This document shows, in pieces, positions 1 to 10,582 of a stretch of 64,000 nt of DNA. Position 1 is the stretch's first letter. Each line of letters opens with the position of its first letter. The stretch spans positions 48,610,001 to 48,674,000 of the forward strand of contig CM097885.1 of NCBI GenBank assembly GCA_044892525.1, in the 5' to 3' direction. The stretch is from Schmidtea polychroa (lineage: Eukaryota). Under the pieces are notes generated by a model. It searched no databases, was not told the origin of the DNA, and worked only from the letters and a program-made list of their open reading frames with translations. Both the position numbers and the translations under genes were made by a program.

Positions 1-1250
1 CCTCTAACTTCTGTATTCGATCTCATAAAAGCTTGAAAGTTTTTTATGAGGATATAGTGTTGTTTTCTTTGACCTTCGGACCTTTCTTCTATTTGACCTT
101 CGGACTCTTCAGACTCTTCTTCTGAAAGATCTTCTGACTCTGTAGCGCCTTCTTCCAATATTAAAAGATCTATTTCCCTATCTTGGTCACTATCTGAAAT
201 GTATATTGGAATGATGTTTTTTTTAAAATCATCATGATTATGGTACATGTATTCATAAATATTAATTTTGAGATTATTTAGACTTTCAAATTTTGGTACA
301 TCACAGATTTTCATTGGATGTTTAAAATCTTTTGGATATAACAATTCATTCTCATAAGGTTTGTATTTTGATACTCTTTGGGGGTTTGTAGCTTGAGGAT
401 GTAAATATGCAAGGATCGCCCATTGAAAACATTTATTGTCACTATTTTCTACATTTACAACACAATTTGATCTGAAAGGTGTTGGAATGTATGATTTAGG
501 GTTAGGTGGTGCCCCTCTCCAATATATAATTTGCATATTTTGAAAGGAGTGAAATCTTAAATCCGATTCCCCTAATTCCTGTTCCGCTTGTTCTTGTTGT
601 GCTTGAGCTTCTTTAGTTATTTCTTTCATGATTTTATTAATCCCTTTGGTTGAATGTAAATATTTATATGGTGTTTCAATATCAGAAATTAAAGGAACTG
701 TGTTTGCTTCTTCCCCTCTCCAATACCTTGCCTGGATTATAATTTTATATTTTATCACATTAAATCTCGATTTCCCAAATTTATTCAAAGCATCATCCAT
801 TGATTTTTTTATGTTTTTTTTGTTTTTATTTATATATCCCAAGATTGATGAATCTTGAAATGCTTCTTCAAATATATCTATGTGATTAAACTCATCCCAA
901 TTATATTTTTCTCTTTCAACATGTTCAGGTTCTTCTTCATACACTTCCTCCTGATCACTTTCTATAATCTCTATTGCACATTTTTTTACATGTTTTTTAA
1001 AATAAGATTCTATAGATGTTTTAAATTTATATATTGAACACTCAAAAATTTTTCTTTTTTTAGGAATGCCAATACAACTTATAAAATGTCGATCGTATCC
1101 AGAAAGTAAAAATCTTTCTTTACATTTAGTACAGATTTTTGAATTGATGTCATTTAGTTGGTTGGTTTTTAATAAATGAGCTTTTGATCTTTGATGAGAT
1201 ATTAATGCCGATTTATTTTTAAAAGTTTTTTCACACGCTTCACAATTCAT
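1..1250 (-). CDS. N-terminal part (>=416 codons, open to the window edge) of a protein-primed DNA polymerase B of a second Polinton/Maverick; starts with a C2H2-type zinc finger
   Basis: Manual translation from ATG at 1250: MNCEACEKTFKNKSALISHQRSKAH... then SYIPTPFRSNCVVNVENSDNKCFQWAILAYLHP...RVSKYKPY...PMKICDVPKFESLNNLKINIY...HYILIKN, collinear with the pPolB N-terminal motifs in the 10583 ORF (PTP..CVININNTDDLCFIYSILA..PMRLCNIPKFE..SINV..HYIGVTN). No stop down to base 1; absent from the ORF track. Confidence 0.85.
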   Translation of the reverse strand, partial: MNCEACEKTFKNKSALISHQRSKAHLLKTNQLNDINSKICTKCKERFLLSGYDRHFISCIGIPKKRKIFECSIYKFKTSIESYFKKHVKKCAIEIIESDQEEVYEEEPEHVEREKYNWDEFNHIDIFEEAFQDSSILGYINKNKKNIKKSMDDALNKFGKSRFNVIKYKIIIQARYWRGEEANTVPLISDIETPYKYLHSTKGINKIMKEITKEAQAQQEQAEQELGESDLRFHSFQNMQIIYWRGAPPNPKSYIPTPFRSNCVVNVENSDNKCFQWAILAYLHPQATNPQRVSKYKPYENELLYPKDFKHPMKICDVPKFESLNNLKINIYEYMYHNHDDFKKNIIPIYISDSDQDREIDLLILEEGATESEDLSEEESEESEGQIEERSEGQRKQHYILIKNFQAFMRSNTEVR

Positions 1251-1335
1251 TTTTTTTAAATATTTTTTTATTGGGTACCCGGTTTTCAGTTTTTAAAATA
1301 TATTTATAAATTAGCAAACTGCGCAGATTCAGACT

Positions 1336-1563
1336 AGTAGTGTTAGAACTATACACTTGAGCGCACCCTCACCTCTTCCCTTTCCATCGCGCTCGGATGG
1401 AGGGCTCTCAGACAGAGGGCTTTTGTTTTGGGTTTTTTCGTTAAAAAAATATTAAAACATGTAATAAAACAATAGGTTTTTTATATTAAAGTGTGATAAT
1501 TGAGGGGCTTGGAATTGGACGCTTTGCGGTGGGTGTGCTCAAGTGTATAGTTCTAACACTACT
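1336..1563. repeat. 33-bp inverted repeat with Polinton-type AGTAGT termini (end of the left Polinton, or a 228-bp mini-element)
   Basis: AGTAGTGTTAGAACTATACACTTGAGCGCACCC at 1336 and GGGTGTGCTCAAGTGTATAGTTCTAACACTACT ending at 1563 (1 mismatch); flanks CAGACT vs CATCAA give no TSD. Confidence 0.75.
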
Positions 1564-1791
1564 CATCAACCTATTTTTAACAACCACTTATTTTCAACAT
1601 CAACTTATTTTCAACATAAACCTATTTTTAACATCAACATATTTTCAACATGAATCTATTTTTAACAACAGCTTATTTTCGACATCAACTTATTTTCAAC
1701 ATCAACCTATTTTTAACATCAACCTATTTTCAACATCAACCTATTCTGAAAATCAACCTTTTCTCATTATCAATCTATTTTCAACATCAAC
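1564..1791. repeat. 18-bp minisatellite (TTTTCAACATCAACCTAT)n, left part
   Basis: Degenerate tandem copies; the array resumes at 15452 after the Polinton. Confidence 0.9.
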
Positions 1792-2562
<771 letters not shown>

Positions 2563-2571
2563 TAAAACATT

Positions 2572-2958
2572 TTATTTCAAGTTAAATACATCTGTGTAGT
2601 ATGCTTTACGCATTTCAGCTAATAAGATATGGACTAATTGATCCCTTTTAAAGTCGTGACAGCATGGACACCCATTGGGGCATGACAATCTCATAGAATC
2701 TTTGCAAACAATGCAATTTTCAATGCATCTAGTGTCAGACCTTAGAACCATATCGTAGTGCAACTCTAAAAGTTGTTCTATATTAATACCTGTTAAAAGA
2801 AATATTTTATTTATAAGTAACTCTGGTGCACAATAATCTATGGTATTTCTTATTCCTGGGTATAATACTTGAAACTTCTTTAAAATTACTTCAAATAAGT
2901 AAACTAGATATAAAGATTATTAATTATAAATAAAAATATATTCTTTACCTTTTGACAT
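2572..2958 (-). CDS. Predicted spliced 113-aa Cys-rich protein of unknown function (exons 2958-2949, 2903-2572)
   Basis: ATG TCA AAA G|gtaaag...atctag| 45-nt intron restores an open frame MSKVYLFEVILKKFQ...CIENCIVCKDSMRLSCPNGCPCCHDF...FNLK*. Confidence 0.6.
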
Positions 2959-2997
2959 TTTTTCTAACTACTAAAAACAAAATCAATACAAACAAAA

Positions 2998-3444
2998 TTA
3001 ATTAATTAACATTTTAATTTCTGAGATAATGTTCTCTACATAGTGATTATAGTCTAGAGTTTTTATTCCAAGTAATACAACCTTCCCGCTTGAAAATACA
3101 TTAACACAAACTGGATTATACTTTTGAAGACGTAAGGCAGGAAATATTTCAGGTTCAAACATACATTTAGCTTTATGTTGTAATTCGTATAAATTTATAA
3201 ATTTACCGATATCAGCAGTTACTGTAATGGACTGAATTTGTAAATCTTGTATCTTATATTTCAAATCAACTAATTTAAGAGGTTGCTTGCATCCCATTAT
3301 CCGACATCTACCCGACTTGAAAAATATAATTGGATACTTCCCACTTCTATCCACAACTTGTTGGGGTTTACCTAATGGGAATTTCATGTTTTTGACTAAA
3401 CACTTACCTTTATAATTAATGTTGCTCAATAATAATGAAGTCAT
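2998..3444 (-). CDS. TATA-binding protein (TBP)-like protein, 148 aa, inside the Polinton
   Basis: C-terminal half DLQIQSITVTADI..INL..FEPEIFPAL..VNVFSSGKVVLLGIK..ENI aligns by eye with TBP repeat 2 (DFKIQNMVGSCDV..IRL..YEPELFPGL..LLIFVSGKVVLTGAK..ENI); IIFFKSGRCRIMGCK corresponds to repeat 1. Confidence 0.8.
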   Translation of the reverse strand: MTSLLLSNINYKGKCLVKNMKFPLGKPQQVVDRSGKYPIIFFKSGRCRIMGCKQPLKLVDLKYKIQDLQIQSITVTADIGKFINLYELQHKAKCMFEPEIFPALRLQKYNPVCVNVFSSGKVVLLGIKTLDYNHYVENIISEIKMLIN

Positions 3445-3533
3445 GTAATAAAATTTAAATAATTTTTATATACTTATAATAATAAATTTAAACAAATATA
3501 AACAATAATATTAATGAAATGTGATTAATTAAG

Positions 3534-4157
3534 ATGGAATTAAGAAATGATGCCGTTTATCAAATTGTAGGTCCCAGTGGTAGTGGAAAAACTTTATTTG
3601 TTTGTAAATTATTACAATCGAATATGTTCAAATCAAAATTTAATAAAATATACTGGCATAAGGGAGCTGATGACGAGCATGGTATGACACAAGATCAGTT
3701 TTGTAAATTAAAAATGAATATAATGAAGGGATTTGATAAAAATTGGTCATCTAGATTACATCAAGGTGATGCTATAATTATTGATGATTTATATCAGGAA
3801 GCAAATAAAGAGAAAGATTTTAATAATTTATTTACAAAAACCAGTAGACATATCGGAGTAACGGTTATTTTTATAACACAAAATTTATTTCATCAAGGCG
3901 GAAGTCATCGAACGCGTAATTTGAATGTACAATATTTAGTTATTTTCAAAAATCCTCGAGACGCAACTATAATTGATTTTCTCGCAAGACAGGCTTATCC
4001 TAATGATAGAAGATATTTAATTGAATCCTTCCAAGATGCAACAAAGATAGCACATGGGTATTTATTTTTCGATTTTACTCAACAATGTCCAGATGATTTA
4101 CGTGTTAGAACAGATATTTTCAATGAAAAAGGTGTTACAATTTATAAACAAAAATGA
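3534..4157 (+). CDS. Polinton DNA-packaging ATPase (FtsK-HerA/A32-like)
   Basis: Walker A GPSGSGKT, Walker B IIIDD, plus SRH..VIFITQNLF and YLVIFKNPRD motifs. Confidence 0.93.
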   Translation: MELRNDAVYQIVGPSGSGKTLFVCKLLQSNMFKSKFNKIYWHKGADDEHGMTQDQFCKLKMNIMKGFDKNWSSRLHQGDAIIIDDLYQEANKEKDFNNLFTKTSRHIGVTVIFITQNLFHQGGSHRTRNLNVQYLVIFKNPRDATIIDFLARQAYPNDRRYLIESFQDATKIAHGYLFFDFTQQCPDDLRVRTDIFNEKGVTIYKQK

Positions 4158-4347
4158 AATACATTATTATTATTTAAAAATGTCATTTAAAAAAGTTATA
4201 GTTCAACGTGAAAAGTTACAAAGCAGAAAGAAAACAAAAGAAATACTAAACGGAAAGAAAAAACTATAAATAAGACTAAAAAATCAATGAAAAAGAAGAG
4301 TTGGATTAAATTATAAACAAATTAATTAATAAAATACATCATTGACA

Positions 4348-4674
4348 ATGAAATTACAACGTAGCTTACCATATTTTAACGCCTTGCTAAAGGCTCCAAA
4401 TAATACAAGGACGAGTATATTACAAGCTTTTCCATCATTTGTTATTGATGATTTACTCGAAGCTATTGTTAACATAGTTCGTGGTAATGTAAATATTAGT
4501 AAAGCTAAAAGGTTTGTATTAAAAAAACATAAGAAATCTCTTTTATCATTAGTTAACACAAAAAATCGAAATCTAATGAGAAAAATAATGTATAAACAAC
4601 AAGGCGGATTTTTAGGTACATTAATTCCAATTGTATTATCGGCTATAAGCACAATTTCGTCATTAAATTCTTAA
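4348..4674 (+). CDS. Small conserved Polinton virion protein (adenovirus pX-like C-terminus)
   Basis: NIVRGNV motif, basic middle region, then QQGG|FLGTLIPIVLSAI resembling adenovirus pX MRGG|ILPLLIPLIAAAI. Confidence 0.7.
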   Translation: MKLQRSLPYFNALLKAPNNTRTSILQAFPSFVIDDLLEAIVNIVRGNVNISKAKRFVLKKHKKSLLSLVNTKNRNLMRKIMYKQQGGFLGTLIPIVLSAISTISSLNS

Positions 4675-4688
4675 AATATAATATCATA

Positions 4689-4892
4689 ATGGGTGCTAAG
4701 AATTCATTACCGGATAAACATAATTTAGATTTAAATATATTAACATTATGTTGTAATAATGAAGGAAACATTTTCCAAAAAGGTCAAATCAAAGAAGAAA
4801 ATATTAGAGAAAAAACTCAAAACGATTTGGACAAACCCGAAAGATCCAGATGGTTTCGGTGGAGTAGAAAAACTTGCAAAAAGAGTAAATAA
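4689..4892 (+). CDS. Possible small N-myristoylated protein overlapping the integrase 5' end
   Basis: Starts MGAKNS (MGxxxS), contains CC, ends in a basic/aromatic tail; its ATG lies 70 nt upstream of the integrase ATG. Confidence 0.35.
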   Translation: MGAKNSLPDKHNLDLNILTLCCNNEGNIFQKGQIKEENIREKTQNDLDKPERSRWFRWSRKTCKKSK

Positions 4893-5880
4893 ATCAAAGA
4901 AAGAAACTCAAAAATGGTTATCTAATCAATTAGCCTACAGTCTAAATAAACCAATGTTAAAAAATTCCCCACGAGATCTTATAAAACATTTGGTGTTAAT
5001 GATTTATGGCAAATGGATTTAATGGAAATGATTCCATTTTCAAAAATTAATAAAGGATACAAATATATTTTGACATGTATTGATGTATTTAGTAGATACG
5101 CTCGTGCTATCCCAACAAAATCTAAATCAGCTAATGAAATGGCTGATGCATTAAAAACATTATTTGCTGACGGACAGCCTCGTAATTTACAAACAGATTT
5201 GGGTAAAATTATAAATTAAATAATTTTAATTAATTTTAAATTTAGGTAAAGAATTTTATAATAGCAAAGTTAAAGAAATTATCAAAGGAATAAATCATTA
5301 CTCAGTATTTTCACAATATAAAGCAGCGCACGTGGAAAGATTCAATCGTACTTTAAGAGATCGTTTGAAAAAATATTTTGTATATCAAGGCAATAAAACG
5401 TGGATAAATTTATTGTCGAAAATAATTTACAGTTACAATTTTTCACCTCATAGAGGAATAAATGGAATGAGACCAATCGATATTTATTCAACAAATAATA
5501 TTGATACTTGGATATCACAACAAGATAAATCAAAAACAAAAAAGCCGAAATATAAAGTAGGAGACCATGTTAGAATAAGTAAAATCAGTGCTTCTCCATT
5601 CATCAAGAATTTTGATAACAATTGGAGTGATGAAGTTTTTAAAATATCGAAAATAGATACTAATCAAAATCCGGTCATGTACTTTATTACAGATAATGAA
5701 AACGATCAAGTCAGTGGCAAATTCTACGAACCAGAACTACAAGTCATTCCATCACCCACAATCTTCAGAATTCAAGAGATTTTAAAAACTAAATCGGACG
5801 GGAAATATAAACAATACTATGTGAAATGGTATGGTTATAAACATCCTAGCTGGATATCTGAAAACCAATTGATTAAATAA
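4759..5880 (+). pseudogene. Polinton retroviral-like (DDE) integrase with C-terminal chromodomain-like region; 1-nt frameshift near 4959-4964 and a 43-nt intron at 5203-5245
   Basis: N-terminal WTNPKDPDGFGGVEKL..WLSNQLAYSLNKP; adding one A gives KKFPTRSY..LWQMDL; splicing gives QTDLG|KEFYN..HVERFNRTL; C-terminal YYVKWYGY..SWI. Confidence 0.92.
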
Positions 5881-5885
5881 ATATT

Positions 5886-6917
5886 ATGAAGGAAAACCAG
5901 TTTTATATGATTTTACCTAGTAATAGTTGTCCTCTTATTTATCCTGATAATAATGCTAGTAATTTTAAAGTTGAATTTCAAAACCCAATTTATTTGAATG
6001 GGAAGTGGGAAGTAGCTTTGATTGATTTTACATTTGTGTATAATCATTTTCCGTATTACAGTAATTCCTGGGTACAATACGAATTTAAAAAATCATGCGA
6101 AGAAACTAAATACTTGAAAATTGATAATCAAAACAAAATCTTAGAAATTTTAAATTCTACATATAATCCAGATGTTGATGTGTTCTTGGAAAGATATGAA
6201 AACTTAGTGATAGTTTGTCCACATGTTCCATTTAAAATATCATTTCTTGACACAAAACATGCATCTAAGTTTGAATTAAAAACCATATCAATCATTAGCA
6301 AAACTGACCATTGTCGAATTAAATTACCTAAATTTACTGAAAATAATATCATTGAACAAATTGGGATAACTATAAATTACGATATCAAGACAAAATTCGA
6401 ACATTATTTTGAAGATGAATTATTCTTAACTACTTTATCAGAGTTGCGAGGGTATTTAATGACAATTAATCCATCTCCATTTAAAGAAATAAATCTTCAA
6501 AATCAAGAATTGGTAAAAATAACACTTGTAGATGATATTTCAAATATCACCTTTGATCAAAAATTAACAAAAGCTTTAGGATTAAAGAATCAAACTTATA
6601 ATGAAAAAGACTTTGTTGGTGTGAAAATTCCAAAAATATTTAAAATTCATCAACAAATGTTTATTTATTCTAATATCATTGAACCAATAAATGTTGGTGA
6701 TGTAAGAGTTCCTCTATTAAAATCGATATGGATTAAAAGATATGAACAGGGAGAGGTAGTACAGTTAGAAATAAAGAACCCAATGTACCTTCCAATTTCA
6801 TCTTCATCTATAAACAACATTGAAATTAATATTCGCAACGATAGTGGAAATTTAGTTAAATTTTCAAAAGACACCAAAACACATTTAACACTACATTTTC
6901 GTAAAATAAATGAATAA
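5886..6917 (+). CDS. Minor capsid protein (penton, single jelly-roll, PX)
   Basis: FYMILPSNS..YPDN..NFKV..L.GKWEVAL and MFIYSNIIEP..VGDVRVPLL..NPMYLP..IEINIRN..G..LTLHFR. Confidence 0.88.
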   Translation: MKENQFYMILPSNSCPLIYPDNNASNFKVEFQNPIYLNGKWEVALIDFTFVYNHFPYYSNSWVQYEFKKSCEETKYLKIDNQNKILEILNSTYNPDVDVFLERYENLVIVCPHVPFKISFLDTKHASKFELKTISIISKTDHCRIKLPKFTENNIIEQIGITINYDIKTKFEHYFEDELFLTTLSELRGYLMTINPSPFKEINLQNQELVKITLVDDISNITFDQKLTKALGLKNQTYNEKDFVGVKIPKIFKIHQQMFIYSNIIEPINVGDVRVPLLKSIWIKRYEQGEVVQLEIKNPMYLPISSSSINNIEINIRNDSGNLVKFSKDTKTHLTLHFRKINE

Positions 6918-7311
6918 TCCTGATATTGTAAACTTTTATAGTAATAGTCAATCTGGTGGAGATTTACCATATTTTGTTGGTAAACAATATGGAACAGGTT
7001 GGTTAAAAACAATAGGTCGATTTGCTTTACCAATTCTTAGACGCATAGGTAATTTTGGTATGAAAACTGCACATGATGTAATAAATAACAATTCAAAAAT
7101 TCTACCTGCTTTAAAATCAAATGTTTTATCTGAAATTAAACATTCACTACCTGATGTAATTCAACATTTGCCTACTGTAATTAATAAAGTATCTGATGTT
7201 TTTAATAAACAAGAGAATGGACAAAAAGGTGGAATGATTAAACGCAGAAAAACATTAAAGAAGCATATAAACAAAAGAATGAAAGGCTTTGGAACTATAT
7301 TCGAAAAATGA
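6910..7311 (+). CDS. Conserved Polinton small virion protein with a predicted amphipathic membrane-active segment
   Basis: QSGGDLPYFVGKQYGTG|WLKTIGRFALPILRRIG pattern; lies between the minor and major capsid genes with overlapping stop/start codons. Confidence 0.7.
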   Translation: MNNPDIVNFYSNSQSGGDLPYFVGKQYGTGWLKTIGRFALPILRRIGNFGMKTAHDVINNNSKILPALKSNVLSEIKHSLPDVIQHLPTVINKVSDVFNKQENGQKGGMIKRRKTLKKHINKRMKGFGTIFEK

Positions 7312-8531
7312 TTAGTGCAAAATCTGAATTATGTATTTTTGATAGACCATCACCTCAAGCAGTAATTGAGCATGGTTCATTTGAAGATATTTATCCAACG
7401 AATTCAATTACGGATACTGATACCTCTTCAATTCAATTTTACATTAACGGCTCTCAAACCGAATATTTAGATTTGAATGATACTTTACTTTATCTTCAGT
7501 TGAAAGTTGTAAATAATGTAGGTGAAAATATTTCTGATGATTCTGTTGTAACTGCAAACAATTTCTTTTTCCAAACTCTTTTTAAAGAAGCTGAATTAAT
7601 TTTTAATTCTATTAAAGTTGAAGGAGGAAATGATACATTTGCTCATTAAGCATTAATCGAAACCATATTAAATTACAATCATGATACAAAACGTACATGT
7701 TTAGAAGGTATGGGGTACAGTGAAGATGATAATATAAGAAAAGCGTGGATTGCAAAATCTAAACCATTTTCATTATGTTCACCAATACAATTTGATTTTA
7801 TGGATCAACCAAAATATTTATTACCTGGTGTTAGTGTCCAAATTAAATTGACGAGATCAAGTACATCACATAGTTTAACATGTACAAAAGTAGAACCTAA
7901 AATTGAATTATTAGATGCAAAATTAATGGTAAGAAGAGTTCGAGTTGAACGATCCGTTTTAGCTGGTCATCAAATTGGACTTGCTTCAAGAAATGCAATT
8001 TATCCTTTGAGAAGCAAGGAAGTTGTCGAATTTTCGTTACCTACTGGATCTTCTTTTTATAAAGAACAAATCTTTGGTGATCGGCGATTACCAAATTTTA
8101 TCCTTGTAACATTTCAAAGAAATAAAAGAAATAATGGATCACTAACAAATTCTTATTCAATGTACGACCACAATAAAGTAAAATCAATAACTTTATTGAA
8201 AGGAAGCGACTATCGTGAAAAATATAGTCAAGATTTTGAAAATGATAATTATAGTACAAGTTATATGCAGTCAATAATTAGAATTATGTGTTACCTTAAT
8301 AAGAATATTAATTGTGGAATTAGTATGTCTGACTTTAAAGAAAAGTATCCATTCTTTACATTTGTATTGACTCCAGACTTTGATCTTAATCAAAGTCAAT
8401 TGCCACAGCAAGGAAATTTAAGACTTGATATTAAATTTGGAACACCTCTAACAGAATCAATTTCTGTAATAGTCTATGGCGTCTTTGAAAAAGATATTCA
8501 AATTACATCCAATCGTACAGTACTAGTGTAA
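7308..8531 (+). pseudogene. Major capsid protein (double jelly-roll, PY) with one in-frame TAA at 7647-7649
   Basis: KSELCIF..YP.NSI..YLDLNDTLLY; H*ALIETILNY; DFMDQPKYLLPGV; GNLRLDIKF; both ORF pieces are in the same frame. Confidence 0.9.
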
Positions 8532-8593
8532 ACAAAGTTTGAAAATGATTGGCTTGAACTATAAACCAAATTAGGAAACAATAATTATTAAAA

Positions 8594-8979
8594 ATGAAGT
8601 AAGAATTTCATTTTAATTACTTTAATTTATTGATAATAGTTCTATTCAGATTGAATACATAGGTCAAAGATTGTTCGGAGCTGAATTTCTTGGAGTTTTT
8701 CCATTAGATAAAATACCATATATTGATGTAAACAAGGCTTTAATTGTAAATACTCAATCTTGTAATCTCAAGGGAGAGCATTGGCTCGCAGTTTATGTCA
8801 AACCGGAAAAAATATATGCATTTGATCCCATGGGGTTTTATTATCCTCCTCTATTAATATCAAAACTTCAATCATTGTTAATGCCAATTGAATATAATAA
8901 AATTCGCTATCAAAGTCCATTGACAAAAACATGTGGGCAACATTGTTTAGCGTGGTTGAAGTCAATGAAAGATCTTTGA
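8594..8979 (+). CDS. Adenain-like cysteine maturation protease, spliced (exons 8594-8598, 8640-8979)
   Basis: 41-nt GTAAG...ATAG intron gives MNSIQIEYIGQRLFGAEFLGVFPLD; catalytic GEHW, FDP, YQS, TCG motifs. Confidence 0.9.
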
Positions 8980-9144
8980 ATATAAGAAAATTTAATCAAA
9001 TAAATATTATCTTGTTAGTTTGTAATTTTTTATGTCATCCTACTAGTAAATATAATTTAATGGTATGTGATTACGTGTTTGGTTTCTTGAATTTTATTGT
9101 TTACTATTTTATTGAATCATTGTTGTGTAATATGTAGTATATAA

Positions 9145-9429
9145 ATGAAAACAATTCATTTAAAAGTCACTTTTATCAATACCCAAACTTTTGTAAGTTT
9201 TATGTAATTAATTAATTAATAATTCTCTTATAATGTTTTCTAGGTAATGAATTGCAACAACAACAACAATTACAACAACTCAAATAACATGAACAACGTT
9301 AATAGCAAGATTTGCAACCACTCAAATAACATGAACAACAAAAACTTAAACAGCAACAATGATAAAATGGTTCCAAATAATTCCAAGAAAATTAATGTAA
9401 ACATGATAAAATGTAAGTATTATATATAG
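9145..9429 (+). CDS. Possible spliced Asn-rich small protein (intron 9193-9243)
   Basis: ATG 9145 ..ACT TTT|gtaagt...ttctag|GTA ATG AAT is in frame with the 9247 ORF; low complexity. Confidence 0.3.
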
Positions 9430-9724
9430 ATTTTTCAGTATTTAAAGATAATTTTACTGTAATATTTTCATTTTAATTAAATTAATATTAATTTAAATAT
9501 TATATTTCATTTTAATTTATTTTAAAAATTTGAATTTAATTTAATTTACTCAAAGTAAAAATTAAAACAATTTTGAATTTATTAGATAATAATAATTTAT
9601 GATTTTATTTAAATTTAATTATTTTATTTAATCAATTTAAATTTATCATTAAAAAAAAAATTTTAAATGCAATATTTTTAATTAAATTATAATGTATACC
9701 ATAACATAAGAAACAAATAAAGAC

Positions 9725-10284
9725 TTATAATATATTAGTATCAATTATTTTCCATATAGGCCTGATTGTTTCTTTTCCTTCTTTAAAACCCTGAATTTGA
9801 ATTTTTATCATAAAATGTGAATTTTCATTTTCTTTTTTAATATTTTCTAAAGCATAATCTTTATCACAATTCATGAATGTAAAGTTTTCATTGAATTGAA
9901 TATTTTTATTGATAGCCAACAATAATTCTAAAATATTTTTTCTATCGATATCTCCAATTTTACCTACTTGTATATTATATAAACTCTGTTTCAAAGTTAC
10001 AGGTTCCTAATAAAAAATTTAATTAATATTTGATTAAATGATATAAATATATTTACTTTAAATGAATAAGTTATTGGGTATTTTAAATATTCCATAGAAT
10101 ATTGTAGGAACTGAACAGGAGATTTTCTAATAAGATTAACTGTCGATGTTGAATTTTCCTGTAGAATTAACTTTATTATATCTGAATTTACTTGTTTCTC
10201 CATCTTTTTCACTGAACTTTCTAGAATAATGATTAAGCAATACTAGATAATGATAATAAAATTACTTTTATATTGTTGCATCAT
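9725..10284 (-). CDS. Predicted three-exon 154-aa Polinton protein of unknown function (exons 10284-10266, 10220-10057, 10006-9725)
   Basis: GT-AG introns of 45 and 50 nt join the two track ORFs (9997-10212 and 9725-9994) and an ATG exon into one frame. Confidence 0.6.
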
Positions 10285-10582
10285 TAAATATAATAATTTC
10301 ATGCACTCAGTATATATATTAATTTTAAAAATCGAGTTGACCAATTAGATTCTTTTTAACAAATATTTTAATTTTATTGGATGAAAGATTTTATGTGTGT
10401 ATAGTATTTTTGATTTTTTAAATATTTATTTCTAATAATCAATTTGTGATGTTCATATATTCATTTTCATATATTCATTTTTATTTATAATGCAATCCTT
10501 TGATAATTTCTTTTGAAACTTAGGTATCTTATATCCAAAGTTTTGTAATTCATCCTTTCATGACAAAGATTGTCATAAAACT

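Noticed and set aside
4180..4314. Small basic ORF ending KKKSWIKL between the ATPase and pX-like genes
   Set aside because: Needs a frameshift and is low complexity; may be a real remnant but cannot be supported
4955..4970. Programmed frameshift in the Polinton integrase at AAAAAATTC
   Set aside because: A single-base loss in an A run explains it; I saw no convincing downstream structure and the element has other lesions
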